Source: Eutreptiella sp. 'Long Island Sound 2002' (lineage: Eukaryota; Protista; Euglenida). Taken from it: a stretch of DNA of 64,000 nucleotides. Shown piece after piece: positions 1 through 14,400 of this stretch. The stretch is from positions 139,252,001 to 139,316,000 of the forward strand of contig OZ038378.1 in the NCBI GenBank assembly GCA_964036045.1. The letters run 5' to 3'. Position numbers and translations under genes: made by a program. The notes beneath the pieces were generated by a model. The model was given only the letters and a program-made list of their open reading frames with translations. It was not told where the DNA came from and did no database searches. Every line of letters begins with the position of its first letter. Position 1 is the stretch's first letter.

Positions 1-915
1 GCCCTTGGTGGGCTCAATTTACAATATGGGGGTGTGGGACAAGGTTTCGGCGGCATAGGTCAACGTGGCGACGCGGCACACCTTGGACCGTGAGGAGGCG
101 GCCCGCCGCCGCTATAAGGAGACCGGCCGTAGCTTGGAGAATGGGGGTGCATAGGGGATCCACACATTGTGGTCGACCGCTGCGTAGTTTTGCTATGCAT
201 CCTCCATTGTTGCATGGCCATAGGCCGGCTCCAAGTGGCGTTCATCGAGACACGCCTTGTGGACCTCCCCAAGGAGAACGCCGACACCGTGCAACGGGTC
301 CTCTACAGGGCCCGCACGGGTGTGAAGTCGGGTGCAACGGGGGCACCCAACGAGGAGGAGGCCCGTGCGTTGTTCCTCGCGTGGGAGGAACTTGCTCCGT
401 TGTTGGACTACGTCCCGGAGGATGGTGAATGGCAAGCCGTCGTGGCCATGCGTGACCTCCTCCGGGAGTTGTACACGGACAAGACTCCCCGCGGGGACCT
501 AGTTGCGACCAAGGTGGCACGCGCCTACCGTGCACATTGTTGCAAGGAGGCGTGCCAATCAAACTACCTCCTCTATTTGGAGGAGGAAGTCACCGAGGCC
601 GTGGCCAATGCACGCCGCTTGGGGATAGGGTTGGGTGCCGTGTGCGCGGATGTCGTTGAGAGCCTCAACGCCATCCTTAAGCGCGCATGCAATGACCACT
701 CGGGCCGGGGAGGGGGGGATGCCGGGGGCAACCGAACTCGAACGGGAGGTGGAGGTAGTTTCACAAGTGTGGGAGTGGTGGTTTTTAAAATTTGACCTCC
801 CGTTACGCAACCACGGGACCCCCCATACCGCCCTATGCACCATGGCCAAACTCATGGCCACCCGTAGCCCCCCGCCCTGCACCCTTGCTTCCCGGGCGCC
901 AGCTTTGTTTTCTCC
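1..915 (+). pseudogene. RAG1/Transib-like DDE transposase, 3' part (copy A, cut by window edge)
   Basis: Contains LCILHCCMAIG, SNYLLYLEEE and GLGAVCADVVESLNAILKR. In-frame TAGs and a 1-nt frameshift near 160 are shared with the other copies. Confidence 0.65.
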
Positions 916-920
916 TTGCC

Positions 921-1012
921 ATGGACGCCTCGGCAATGCAAAAGATGTTGGCCGACATGTTCAAATCCATCAATGCAGCCCTCGTTTTTTTTTGCTTTTC
1001 CACACACACACA

Positions 1013-1099
<87 letters not shown>

Positions 1100-1336
1100 C
1101 AAGATAGCGCAAGTGGAGCAGCGACAGACAGTAGCAGCTGCTGCAGCAGCTCCTCCAGCCCCAACTCCACCAGCGCCTCCTCCACCGCCCGCACGCCCAT
1201 CCGAGGAGTCAAGCGAAGACTCCTCGGATTCACGAAAAAAAGAGAAGAAGGAGAAGAAGAAAAAGAAGATGGAGAAGAGGGAGTGGAGAAAGAGGGAGAG
1301 GAGCCAAGAGCTGGGGGGGGGGGGAGCTCCCCAATG
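921..1336 (+). pseudogene. Truncated copy of transposon gene 2 (exons 1-2)
   Basis: MDASAMQKMLADMFKSINAAL, an intron holding (CT)n, then IAQVEQ...EKKEKKKKK. It is cut at the duplication junction. A second truncated copy lies at ~4683-5102. Confidence 0.6.
1015..1099. repeat. (CT)n microsatellite inside transposon gene 2 intron 1
   Basis: Direct reading. Confidence 0.98.
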
Positions 1337-2468
1337 ACCTCTGAGGCCTCCATGAAGACTTTCTCCGACTCCCAGATGCGCACCGACCATAAGCCTGAGG
1401 GAGCATAGTTGACCACGTTCATGGCCCTGTGGATCGCCGTCCACCGTAGCTGCGGATCTGGCACTTTGCTTCGCCAGTAGTCCTTGATGTACTTGCGCCG
1501 GTGGCGTCTGAGGACGCCCCTGAGCTCTTCCACGCGTTGGTGCAGCTACTGATGCGGTTGACCCAAAGTATCGCGCAAATCCTCCATGGTGGCGGGCAAC
1601 AGTTCACGGCCTACCTGCCGGAGGTGCTGCAGGAGGGAAGTAGTTCCCTAGAGGCGAGCTTTGCCCCCTCGGCGTCCCGTTTCCACAACTCCCATGCCCG
1701 CCATGAGAAGGCCTGTCGATCGGTGAGGACCTAGGATGGAAACGCTTCTATATCCGCCTGCCCATACGGGTATTGCGGAGCCAAGCCTAAGGGCATGCGC
1801 ACCCCCGTTGCCCGCGACACTTTGACACCGAAGGCGTAGAGCATGTCGAAGACCACCTGAACCTCCAACGCGCCCATGGTGGCAGTATCCTCATCCGACG
1901 AGAGCCACCCTTTGAGGGCCCAATCATCATAGGCCCGCCGATGCATAGCCGCCGCCGCCTCTCGGGCTCCCAGTGAGTCCGAACGTATGGCGTGTAGCCT
2001 GACCTAGGTGTGACAGTAGGCCAGCCGTGTGATCGTTTCCTTGGATTTGAGCGCCACTGGGATGCCCAGGCCTTGGGGCCATGGTCGGAACCCAGCGCCG
2101 TGGGAGATCTCCACGGTGCCGGGTATGGGCGCTCACACTTGGCTCATGGGACCGGCGGTGCGTTGTGCATGTAGGAGTCCAGCTTATGCCGTTCATGTGT
2201 GGGCTGCCGGTTTGCCTCCACCGAGTGCCCCGCCCTTAGGAACACACACAGTTCCCATAATGCCACGAATCGCTTCGTGGTGGCATGTCCCAAGGACTCC
2301 AACCATACATTGAAGTCTCCCCGGATGAGCACCGGCCTCGTGCCTCCCGCGCTCTTGGCCGCCGCGTACATGCCCACGTCAACCCAACATGATGCCTTAG
2401 ACACCCAGGAATCACCTCCACTGCCTGGACCGTGGACATTGATGACCGTGAGCGTCCCACCGCTTGTC
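1337..2468 (-). mobile_element. Non-LTR retrotransposon fragment: C-terminal half of APE endonuclease plus linker (copy A)
   Basis: Minus-strand motifs GTLTVINVHGP, VLIRGDFNV, PTHERHKLDSYM and GSDH, which are canonical APE/EEP motifs. Multiple stops are present. Confidence 0.85.
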
Positions 2469-2770
2469 CCCCGGTGACATAGATTAAAGTCAATATGCTT
2501 AATTTCAATGTTTAATATATAACCCGTTAATAGATCAATCTCGCCAATGTTAAGAGGTTAAAGCTCAGTTTTTTTGATTGGGTTATTTGTACCAAATTTT
2601 CCATGCACATATGAGGACCCATAAGGGGTGTTACGTGGTATATTGTTGCACAACGGTATCGTGGAGAGGTTCCAATGTGGTGTTGGTGGGTGTCTTAGAC
2701 CCCCCCCATTCCGGTTGCCCGCATCCCCCCCCCCCTCCGGACCACCCCGTTCCCCTGTATAGCCCTTGTT

Positions 2771-4680
2771 ATGCCTTTCTCTCGGAACACCCTTACCGAG
2801 CGCAACATGACGCTCGTGCGTTTGAGTGGGGCCAAGAGTTTGCGGGACCATTTGGTCTCGCGACTCCTTGGTGAGTGGGTGGCTTCATCTCCCTTGGCCC
2901 GGGCCAGATGGTCCGAGGCTACGGAGGTTGGCTACCCTTCCCTTATTCGTGACAAGCAAAAAGAGGCGGTGAAGCAATATGCCTCCCACCTCTTCCCGGC
3001 CCCAGACCTCATCGGCCTACTCATGGACTTGGACGTCCCCAAGCTTGGCTTCCGGCACGTGTCGGAGTACATGAGCCGCCAGGGGTCGGCCTACACGGCC
3101 GCAACGGACCTCCCGTTCCCCCGCCCCATCCCCACTCGGGATACGTTCACCGACACGTGGAAGGAGTTGGTCATCCCCCTTGACCTACGACAACCGGTGT
3201 CCGTCCCCGATCCCCCCACGAGTGGGCGCTCTTGGCTGCTACCCTCTTGGGCCCGGTACGTCCAATCACACCCATCGCTAGTGGACACCATCGATTGGAC
3301 AAGGCCCCTCACCTTCATTGTGCGTGGGGATGTGTACCCGTGCGCCGGTGGTAGTTGGACCCAACTCTCCATTGGGCTCCTCCACCACGGCGCGCGGGGC
3401 CGCACACCCGCGTACTTGTGGGTGATAGGGATGGCCTTGTACGGGGACAAGGACATGGCGGCACTTGCAACGATATGGGCTGATAACTTGAAGGTTTGTG
3501 GCCCATTGATTGTTTGTTAATTTTTGCGTTAATGTCTGAAGATTAATATCTAGATTACGGTTAATATTGACATCGACTGAAAAATTAACTTCATATTAAT
3601 CTCGAGAAATAAAGGTAAATATTAATCCATGTCCTTTTTGTCGGTATTGCAGTCCAGACAAGACTGCGAGAAGGTTCATTGGGTGTGGCGCTGGGTGCCA
3701 AGCAGGTTGGTCATCGGGGGAGACCAACCTTTCGTGCGGCGCCTTATCGGTGTGTCCACCTCGCCCTTGGTGGGCTCAATTTACAATATGGGGGTGTGGG
3801 ACAAGGTTTCGGCGGCATAGGTCAACGTGGCGACGCGGCACACCTTGGACCGTGAGGAGGCGGCCCGCCGCCGCTATAAGGAGACCGGCCGTAGCTTGGA
3901 GAATGGGGGTGCATAGGGGATCCACACATTGTGGTAGACCGCTGCGTAGTTTTGCTATGCATCCTCCATTGTTGCATGGCCATAGGCCGGCTCCAAGTGG
4001 CGTTCATCGAGACACGCCTTGTGGACCTCCCCAAGGAGAACGCCGACACAGTGCAACGGGTCCTCTACAGGGCCCGCACGGGGTTGAAGTCGGGTGCAAC
4101 GGGGGCACCCAACGAGGAGGAGTCCCGTGCGTTGTTCCTCGCGTGAGAGGAACTTGGTCCGTTGTTGGACTACGTCCCGGAGGATGGTGAATGGCAAGCC
4201 GTCGTGGCCATGCGTGACCTCCTCCGGGAGTTGTACACGGACAAGACTCCCCGCGGGGACCTAGTTGCGACCAAGGTGGCGCGCGCCTACCGTGCACATT
4301 GATGCAAGAAGGCGTGCCAATCCAACTACCTCCTCTATTTGGAGGAGGAAGTCACCGAGGCCGTGGCCAATGCACGCCGCTTGGGGATAGGGTTGGGTGC
4401 CGTGTGCGCGGATGTCGTTGAGAGCCTCAACGCCATCCTTAAGCGCGCATGCAATGACCACTCAGGCCGGGGAGGGGGGGATGCCGGGGGCAACCGAACT
4501 CGAACGGGGGGTGGAGGTAGTTTCACAAGTGTGGGAGTGGTGGTTTTTAAAATTTGACCTCCCGTTACGCAACTACAGGACCCCCCATACCGCCCTATGC
4601 ACCATGGCCAAACTCATGCCCACCCGTAGCCCCCCGCCCTGCACCCTTGCTTCCCCACCGCCAGCTTTGTTTTCTCCTTG
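2771..4680 (+). pseudogene. RAG1/Transib-like DDE transposase (copy B), intron 3494-3652
   Basis: Exon 1 ...LTFIVRGDVY...LYGDKDMAALATIWADNLK, a phase-0 GT-AG intron, then SRQDC...LVIGGDQPFVRRLIG...ILHCCMAIG...VVESLNAILKR. Nonsense codons are present. Confidence 0.65.
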
Positions 4681-4781
4681 CCATGGACGCCTCGGCAATG
4701 CAAAAGATGTTGGCCGACATGTTCAAATCCATCAATGCAGCCCTGGTGTGTTTTTTTTTTGCTTTTCCACACACACACACA

Positions 4782-4783
<2 letters not shown>

Positions 4784-4864
<81 letters not shown>
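4784..4864. repeat. (CT)n microsatellite
   Basis: Direct reading. Confidence 0.98.
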
Positions 4865-4866
<2 letters not shown>

Positions 4867-5102
4867 AGATAGCGCAAGTGGAGCAGCGACAGACAGTAGC
4901 AGATGCTGCAGCAGCTCCTCCAGCCCCAACTCCACCAGCGCCTCCTCCACCGCCCGCACGCCCATCCTAGGAGTCAAGCGAAGACTCCTCGGATTCACGA
5001 AAAAAAGAGAAGAAGGAGAAGAAAAAAAGGAAGATGGAGAAGAGGGAGTGGAGAGAGAGGGAGAGGAGCCAAGGGTTCGGGGGGGGGGGGACCTCCCCAA
5101 TG

Positions 5103-6234
5103 ACCTCTGAGGCCTCCATGAAGACTTTCTCCGACTCCCAGATGCGCACCGACCATAAGCCTGAGGGAGCATAGCTGACCACGTTCATGGCCCTGTGGAT
5201 CGCCGTCCACCGTAGCTGCGGATCTGGCACTTTGCTTCGCCAGTAGTCCCTGATGTACTTGCTCCGGTGGCGTCTGAGGACGCCCCTGAGCTCTTCCACG
5301 CGTTGGTGCAGCTACTGATGCGGTTGACCCAGAGTATCGCGCAAATCCTCCATGGTGGCGGGCAACAGTTCACGGTCTACCTGCCGGAGGTGCTGCAGGA
5401 GGGAAGTAGTTCCCTAGAGGCGAGCTTTGCCCCCTCGGCGTCCCGTCTCCACAACTCCCATGCCCGCCATGAGAAGGCCTGTCGATCGGTGAGGACCTGG
5501 GATAGAAACGCTTCTATATCCGCCTGCCCATACGGGTATTACGGAGCCAAGCCTAAGGGCATGCGCACCCCCGTTGCCCGCGACACTTTGACACCGAAGG
5601 CGTAGAGCATGTCGAAGACCACCTGAACCTCCAACGCGCCCATGGTGGCAGTATCCTCATCCGACGAGAGCCACCCTTTGAGGGCCCAGTCATCATAGGC
5701 CCGCCGATGCATAGCCGCCGCCGCCTCTCGGGCTCCCAGTGAGTCCGAACGTATGGCGTGTAGCCTGCCCTGGGTGTGACAGTAGGCCAGCCGTGTGATC
5801 ATTTCCTTGGATTCGAGCGCCACTAGAATGCCCAGGCCTTGGGGCCATGGTCGGAACCCAGCGCCGTGGGAGATCTCCACGGTGCCGGGTATGGGCGCTC
5901 ACACTTGGCCCATGGGACTGGCGGTGCGTTGTGCATGTAGGAGTCCAGCTTATGCCGTTCATGTGTGGGCTGCCGGTTTGCCTCCACCGAGTGCCCCGCC
6001 CTTAGGAACCCACACTGTTCCCATAATGCCACGAATCGCTTCCTGGTGGCATGTCCCAAGGACTCCAACCATACATTGAAGTCTCCCCGGATGAGCACCG
6101 GCCTCGTGCCTCCCGCGCTCTTGGCCGCCGCGTACATGCCCACGTCAACCCAAGATGATGCCTTAGACACCCAGGAATCACCTCCACTGCCTGGACCGTG
6201 GACATTGATGACCGTGAGCGTCCCACCGCTTGTC
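5103..6234 (-). mobile_element. Non-LTR retrotransposon APE endonuclease 3' half (copy B, contiguous with the full transposon)
   Basis: Same GDFN, KLDSY and GSDH motifs as 1337-2468. It rejoins 11466 onward in frame once the transposon is removed. Confidence 0.85.
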
Positions 6235-6273
6235 CCCCGGTGACATAGATTAAAGTCAACATGCTTAATTTCA
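6235..6273 (+). repeat. Left terminal inverted repeat (also at 2469-2507)
   Basis: CCCCGGTGACATAGATTAAAGTCAA(C/T)ATGCTTAATTTCA versus the reverse complement of 11427-11465, CCCTAGTGACCTTGATTAAACCCAATATAGTTAATATCT. Confidence 0.8.
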
Positions 6274-6538
6274 ATGTTTAATATATAACCCGTTAATATA
6301 TCAATCTCGCGAATATTAAGAGGTTAAAGCTCAGTTTTTTTGATTGGGTCATTTGTACCAATTTTTCCATGCACATATGAGGACCCATAAGGGGTGTTAC
6401 GTGGTATATTGTTGCACGACGGTATCGTGGAGAGGTTCCAATGTGGTGTTGGTGGGTGTCTTAGACACCCCCATTCCGGTTGCCCGCATCCCCCCCCCCC
6501 CCCTCCGGACCACCATGTTCCCCTGTATAGCCCTTGTT

Positions 6539-8450
6539 ATGCCTTTCTCTCGGAACACCCTTACCGAGCGCAACATGACGCTCGTGCGTTTGAGTGGGGC
6601 CAACAGTTTGCGGGACCGTTTGGTCTCGCGACTCCTTGGTGAGTGGGTGGCTTCATCTCCCTTGGCCCGGGCCAGATGGTCCGAGGCTACGGAGGTTGGC
6701 TACCCTTCCCTTATTCGTGACAAGCAAAAAGAGGCGGTGAAGCAATATGCCTCCCACCTCTTCCCGGCCCCAGACCTCATCGGCCTACTCATGGACTTGG
6801 ACGTCCCCAAGCTTGGCTTCCGGCACGTGTCGGAGTACATGAGCCGACGGGGGTCAGCCTACACGGCCGCAACGGACCTCCCGTTCCCCCGCCCCATCCC
6901 CACTCGGGATACGTTCACGGACACGTGGAAGGAGTTGGTCACCCCCCTTGACCTACGACCACCCGTGTCCGTCCCCGATCCCCCCACGAGTGGGCGCTCT
7001 TGGCTGCTACCCTCATGGGCCCGGTACGTCCAATCACACCCATCGCTAGTGGACACCATCGACTGGACAAGGCCCCTCACCTTCATTGTGCGTGGGGATG
7101 CGTACCCGTGCGCCGGTGGTAGTTGGACCCAACTGTCCATTGGGCTCCTCCACCACGGCGCGCGGGGCCGCACACCCGCGTACTTGTGGGTGATAGGGAT
7201 GGCCTTGTACGGGGACAAGGACATGGCGGCACTTGCGACGATATGGGCTGATAACTTGAAGGTTTGTGGCCCATTGATTGTTTGTTAATTTTTTGCGTTA
7301 ATGTCTGAAGATTGACATCTAGATTACGGTTAAAATTAACGCCGACGGAAAAATTAACTTCATATTAATCTCGAGAAATAAAGGTAAATATTAATCCATG
7401 TCCTTTTTGTAGGTATTGCAGTCCAGACAAGACTGCGAGAAGTTTTATTGGGTGTCGCGCTGGGTGCCAAGCAGGTTGGTCATCGGGGGAGGCCAACCTT
7501 TCGTGCGGCGCCTTATCGGTGTGTCCACCTCGCCCTTGGTGGGCTCAATTTACAATATGGGGGTGTGGGACAAGGTTTCGGCGGCATAGGTCAACGTGGC
7601 GACGCGGCACACCTTGGACCGTGAGGAGGCGGCCCGCCGCCGCTATAAGGAGACCGGCCGTAGCTTGGAGAATGGGGGTGCATAGGGGATCCACACATTG
7701 TGGTAGACCGCTGCGTAGGTTTCCTATGCATCCTCCATTGTTGCATGGCCATAGGCCGGCTCCAAGTGGCGTTCATCGAGACACGCCTCGTGGACCTCCC
7801 CAAGGAGAACGCCGACACCGTGCAACGGGTCCTCTACAGGGCCCGCACGGGTGTGAAGTTGGGTGCAACGGGGGCACCCAACTAAGAGGAGGCCCGTGCG
7901 TTGTTCCTCGCGTGGGAGGAACTTGGTCCGTTGTTGGACTACGTCCCGGAGGATGGTGAATGGCAAGCCGTCGTGGCCATGCGTGACCTCCTCCGGGAGT
8001 TGTACACGGACAAGCCGCCCCGCGGGGACCTAGTTGAGACAAAGGTGACGCGCACCTACCGTGCACATTGTTGCAAGGAGGCGTGCCAATCAAACTACCT
8101 CCTCTATTTGGAGGAGGAAGTCACCGAGGCCGTGGCCAATGCACGCCGCTTGGGGATAGGGTTGGGTGCCGTGTGCGCGGATGTCGTTGAGAGCCTCAAC
8201 GCCATCCTTAAGCGTGCATACAATGACCACTCGGGCCGCGGGGGGGGGGGGATGCCGGGGGCAACCGAACTCGAACGGGAGGTGGAGGTAGTTTCACAAG
8301 TGTGGGAGTGGTGGTTTTTAAAAGTTGACCTCCCGTTACGCACCTACGGGACCCTCCATACCGCCCCATGCACCATGGCCAAACTCATGGCCACCCGTAG
8401 CCCCCCGCCCTGCACCCTTGCTTCCCTACCGCCAGCTTTGTTTTCTCCTT
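6539..8450 (+). pseudogene. RAG1/Transib-like DDE transposase (copy C), intron 7262-7421
   Basis: D1 in LTFIVRGDAY, D2 in VIGGD (mutated to G in this copy), LHC motif, and E in VVESLNAILKR. Start and stop positions are approximate. Confidence 0.65.
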
Positions 8451-8453
8451 GCC

Positions 8454-10926
<2,473 letters not shown>

Positions 10927-11426
10927 CCCCCCGAATGCGAACCCTACCACCGGACCCACTAACCTCACTAACCCCACTAACCCCCCATCCGGATCCGCGA
11001 AGATGTGGGACCCCACTACGGGGTCGCATGAGGTAAGAGGGCCCGTATAGGGACCCAATGGGCCACAATGGCCATGGACAACATACATGAACACACACAT
11101 AACGCATTACATGTTGCGTTGTGCCATTGTTAGGAGGGTTAATATTTGGGGAATTGAGTTAATATTTGTGAGATTAATATTAATGCTGGCGACTCTTGGA
11201 TTTTTAACTTTTCAAATATTAATCCGAAAATCAAAAAGAAAAATTAAAGCCGAGAGCCATTTTAACATTTTGAAACAACCACATGGGTAGGACCCCCCCA
11301 CCAACCCCCAGGGGAAAATGACATCCAAGCCCGTAAGACAACCCATGGGGGTCATAATTTTCACGGCAAAACCCCCTAACCCCCCTTAAAAAATGCAAAC
11401 TTGAGATTACGTGTTAATTTTTGGCC

Positions 11427-11465
11427 AGATATTAACTATATTGGGTTTAATCAAGGTCACTAGGG
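11427..11465 (-). repeat. Right terminal inverted repeat
   Basis: Inverted match to 6235-6273 and 2469-2507 (28/39 and 29/39). Confidence 0.8.
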
Positions 11466-14400
11466 TGACTACATTGAGGGCCATGGCTTTGCCCAGCACG
11501 ATGTCCACCACATACCGAACTTCCTCCGCATCGAACACGTGCGCTCGAAGGGCAATCAAGAGACCCCCACGCACAGCAGTCGCTGGCGGCGCCTTGGGGT
11601 CGACCCTCAGGATTACATGATACCCATGGTGGCACCATTGATTCTCCATGTGTGCCATGCCTTGGGGAACCCGCAGGCGTGTCTCCTGGAAGAGACCACG
11701 GATGGCACCTTTTGCCTTTAAAATGCCGGCTGCAACTGCCTTGCTATCGAGGATGCCCGGGGCCGTGTGCACGCCGTCACCCCGCATGGAGCCTTGGATG
11801 TTCCAATACACCGCAATCCTGACGTCGGAGGCAGTATCCCTGCCGCATCTGGATCATCGGCCTGGTCCTGTCCGCCGGGAGGAGGGGGGCCAGCGGCACC
11901 GGCACCGGGCAGCGGGTGCGATGCTACCTTGGCACGACTCGACGCCCAACCATGTCGCGCACCTCTTGAAGACGTCGCCGCCGGACTCGCCCCGCGTGAC
12001 GCTGAGCAAGCCCGGGCGGCTCCACTGTGGGCCGCACCTGGGTCCATGCCTTTGCCTCCTGTCGAAGACACTGCCACGGACCTGCGAGCGCCGCTCAACG
12101 CCGCTGACGAAGAGGCCTCTTGCGCCCTTGAGGTTTGCACTCCCATAGGCCGTGTGAGTGTCGACGAACCGGCCTTGGAGGCCGCACGCGCCCTAGCCAT
12201 GGGAGGAGCATGCCCACAAATGGCTGCGAGTGGAGGACATGGTGCCCACCCATGTTGTGGCCCCTGCGGACACGGGGCAGGTGGTGGTGTTGGAGGGCAT
12301 AGGGTATCGGGTCTGTGACCGGGTGGAACAGTGGGGCTAGATTGGATCGTGATCACCGCAGACCGGCTGGTGCGGCAGCAGTCTAAGCGGTCTGCCTACT
12401 TTGGGGTCCTCCAGGACCACCTGAGATTTGTGGGCCCCGTGGGCCGGGCGCAAAGGTGCTCGCCCAGGGGCATCCTGCCGGCACGAGTCGCGTTCGTGGA
12501 GCTGACAGCGGAGCCCGGCATCCCGGGGCAGGATGTATGGCAGGTGGTCCCCAACAACATGCGGCAGCCTGCGCAGGCGGCCATCATGTGTGCGGCGTTG
12601 CGAGGGCATGCGGCAGCCCTCCCTCGGGCGCCGGCGGGACAATCGTCCACCAACCGGCCGGCGGCGTCCCAGGCGATGCTGCCTTGTGGGTCGCGAGCGT
12701 GGTGCTGGGTCATCGTGGCGCTGGGGTCGCACTCCTGTATGTTGCGTATGTACGACCACGGAGGGGTGCCCGGGCTCGCGATCCGCCCGGCGGACCTAGA
12801 CGCCCTACACCTCGGTACCCTGAGCGACGGCGGGGGCACCGCGCTGTTCCTCCAATGGACTTTGGCGGCTGCTGCGGCGCTCCGGTGCTGCAGAAACTAC
12901 GGAGGGAACGCCTTTCGCCTGGTCATGGCTGAGACCATGGAGCCGTGGCTCTGTGCGTTTGTGGCTCCCGGTGGACCGTGGCGGGCAACCGGGAGAAGTT
13001 CGCCGATGCGTGGCGCCGCTAGGTGGAGGGGCAGTTTCCCGTGGAGGGGGTGATGCACCTGCCACCACCACTTTGTGTGCCACCGGTCAAGCCAATTGCC
13101 CCGGTGGTCGCTGTGGTGAAGGCGGTCCCGAAGGCGGCGCCGAAGCCCCCCCCCCCCCCCAAGAAGGGCCCCCGTGTGCCTTATGGTAGCTATTGTAACA
13201 TATGTGAGGTACTAAAGCACTTCGGGGGGCATCTTCACACGGTGCAGCGTGGGGTGAGCGACGTGAACGTCTGCCCCTCATCTAGGCTGGAGGGGGCGGG
13301 CCAGTGCCCATGGCGGGCCGGCCGCCACCTGAAGCCGAGCCACCTCAACCCATTGGACCTCCTTGACCACCTAGCGAGGGACCATGGGTCGGACCCAGCT
13401 CAGCGTGTGCAAGTGGAGGCCATGATCACGGTATCATGCCTCGTGGACTCACGGGGCCCTTCGCGACGGCTGCCTCTGCAGCGCGGTCCTGGCATGCTGC
13501 AGGGACAGCGACATGATCATGGACATCCCCCCCTCCGCCGCCGCAAGGCACAACAGGGCGTGCTGCAGCCGAGCATCAAGCAGCCCTGCCTGGTGCCCGA
13601 TGTCCGCCACTGCCAAAGGAGCGCGGCGCTCCGGGAGGGCAACCAGTGCCGCCGCGGGCAACTCCCCAAGTGACGGCGGGCGCATGATCGTCCCCATATT
13701 CCTGTTGCGGACCATCACCGCCACCCACCGCCTGTCCACTGTGGACAGAAGGTTGCTTGGCCTCGGCACCCGGAGCAGGGTACCAACGGTGGAAAGCGGC
13801 GCACACACACCGCAGTCCTTGTTGTTGCCTGCCAGCTATCGCACCTGTGCCGCCCTGCTGGCCGTCAGCAGGTCCTCCGCCACAGGCCACGCCGACCTCT
13901 GTCCCCCCGGCGCCATGCGCAACGCGCTGACCACCGTGTCCCACGTGCGTGGCCACTGGGGCGAGCCGCCCTCCAGCCTCGGTAGGTCAAGCAGGTCCAC
14001 AGGGAGCCGTACGTTCAGGGCCAGCAGATGGTGGGCAGTCCAATGCCCGACATCCTGCTCCAACGAGTGGTCAAGCTACACGAACTCTGAGCCGCCGAGG
14101 TCCACATACTGAGCGACAAGGGGGGCGGCTGGAGTTTGTGTGCACTGCTGACCCTCCCACCCCTCCCTCAGGAGGATCATGGCATGGGGGGCCACGCACT
14201 GCGTCGCATCCGCCACCGGCGCCACCGTCCGGTCGCACAGCCCAACCTCGTGGTTGGTGGCCACGAGAAAGTGGTGCCGTGGCCCTTACTCACCGCCGGC
14301 CCGATAAAGCCCCTCCAAGGCGCTGCGCATCTCAGCCGGTGGCGGGGAGGCGTCCGTACAATCTCAGAGCCATGGAAGCGCCCCCGGGAGCTGCCTTTCT

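Larger units (their letters stand above)
2469..5102 (+). mobile_element. Right-truncated duplicate of the RAG1-like DNA transposon (left TIR plus transposase)
   Basis: Begins with the left TIR CCCCGGTGACATAGATTAAAG and is near-identical to 6235-9178. Confidence 0.8.

Noticed and set aside
833-1444. ER/SL-repeat or CV-repeat proteins from microsatellite ORFs (also 4595-4877, 8597-8850, 39028-39382)
   Set aside because: They are translations of (CT)n and (CA)n tracts, not genes.
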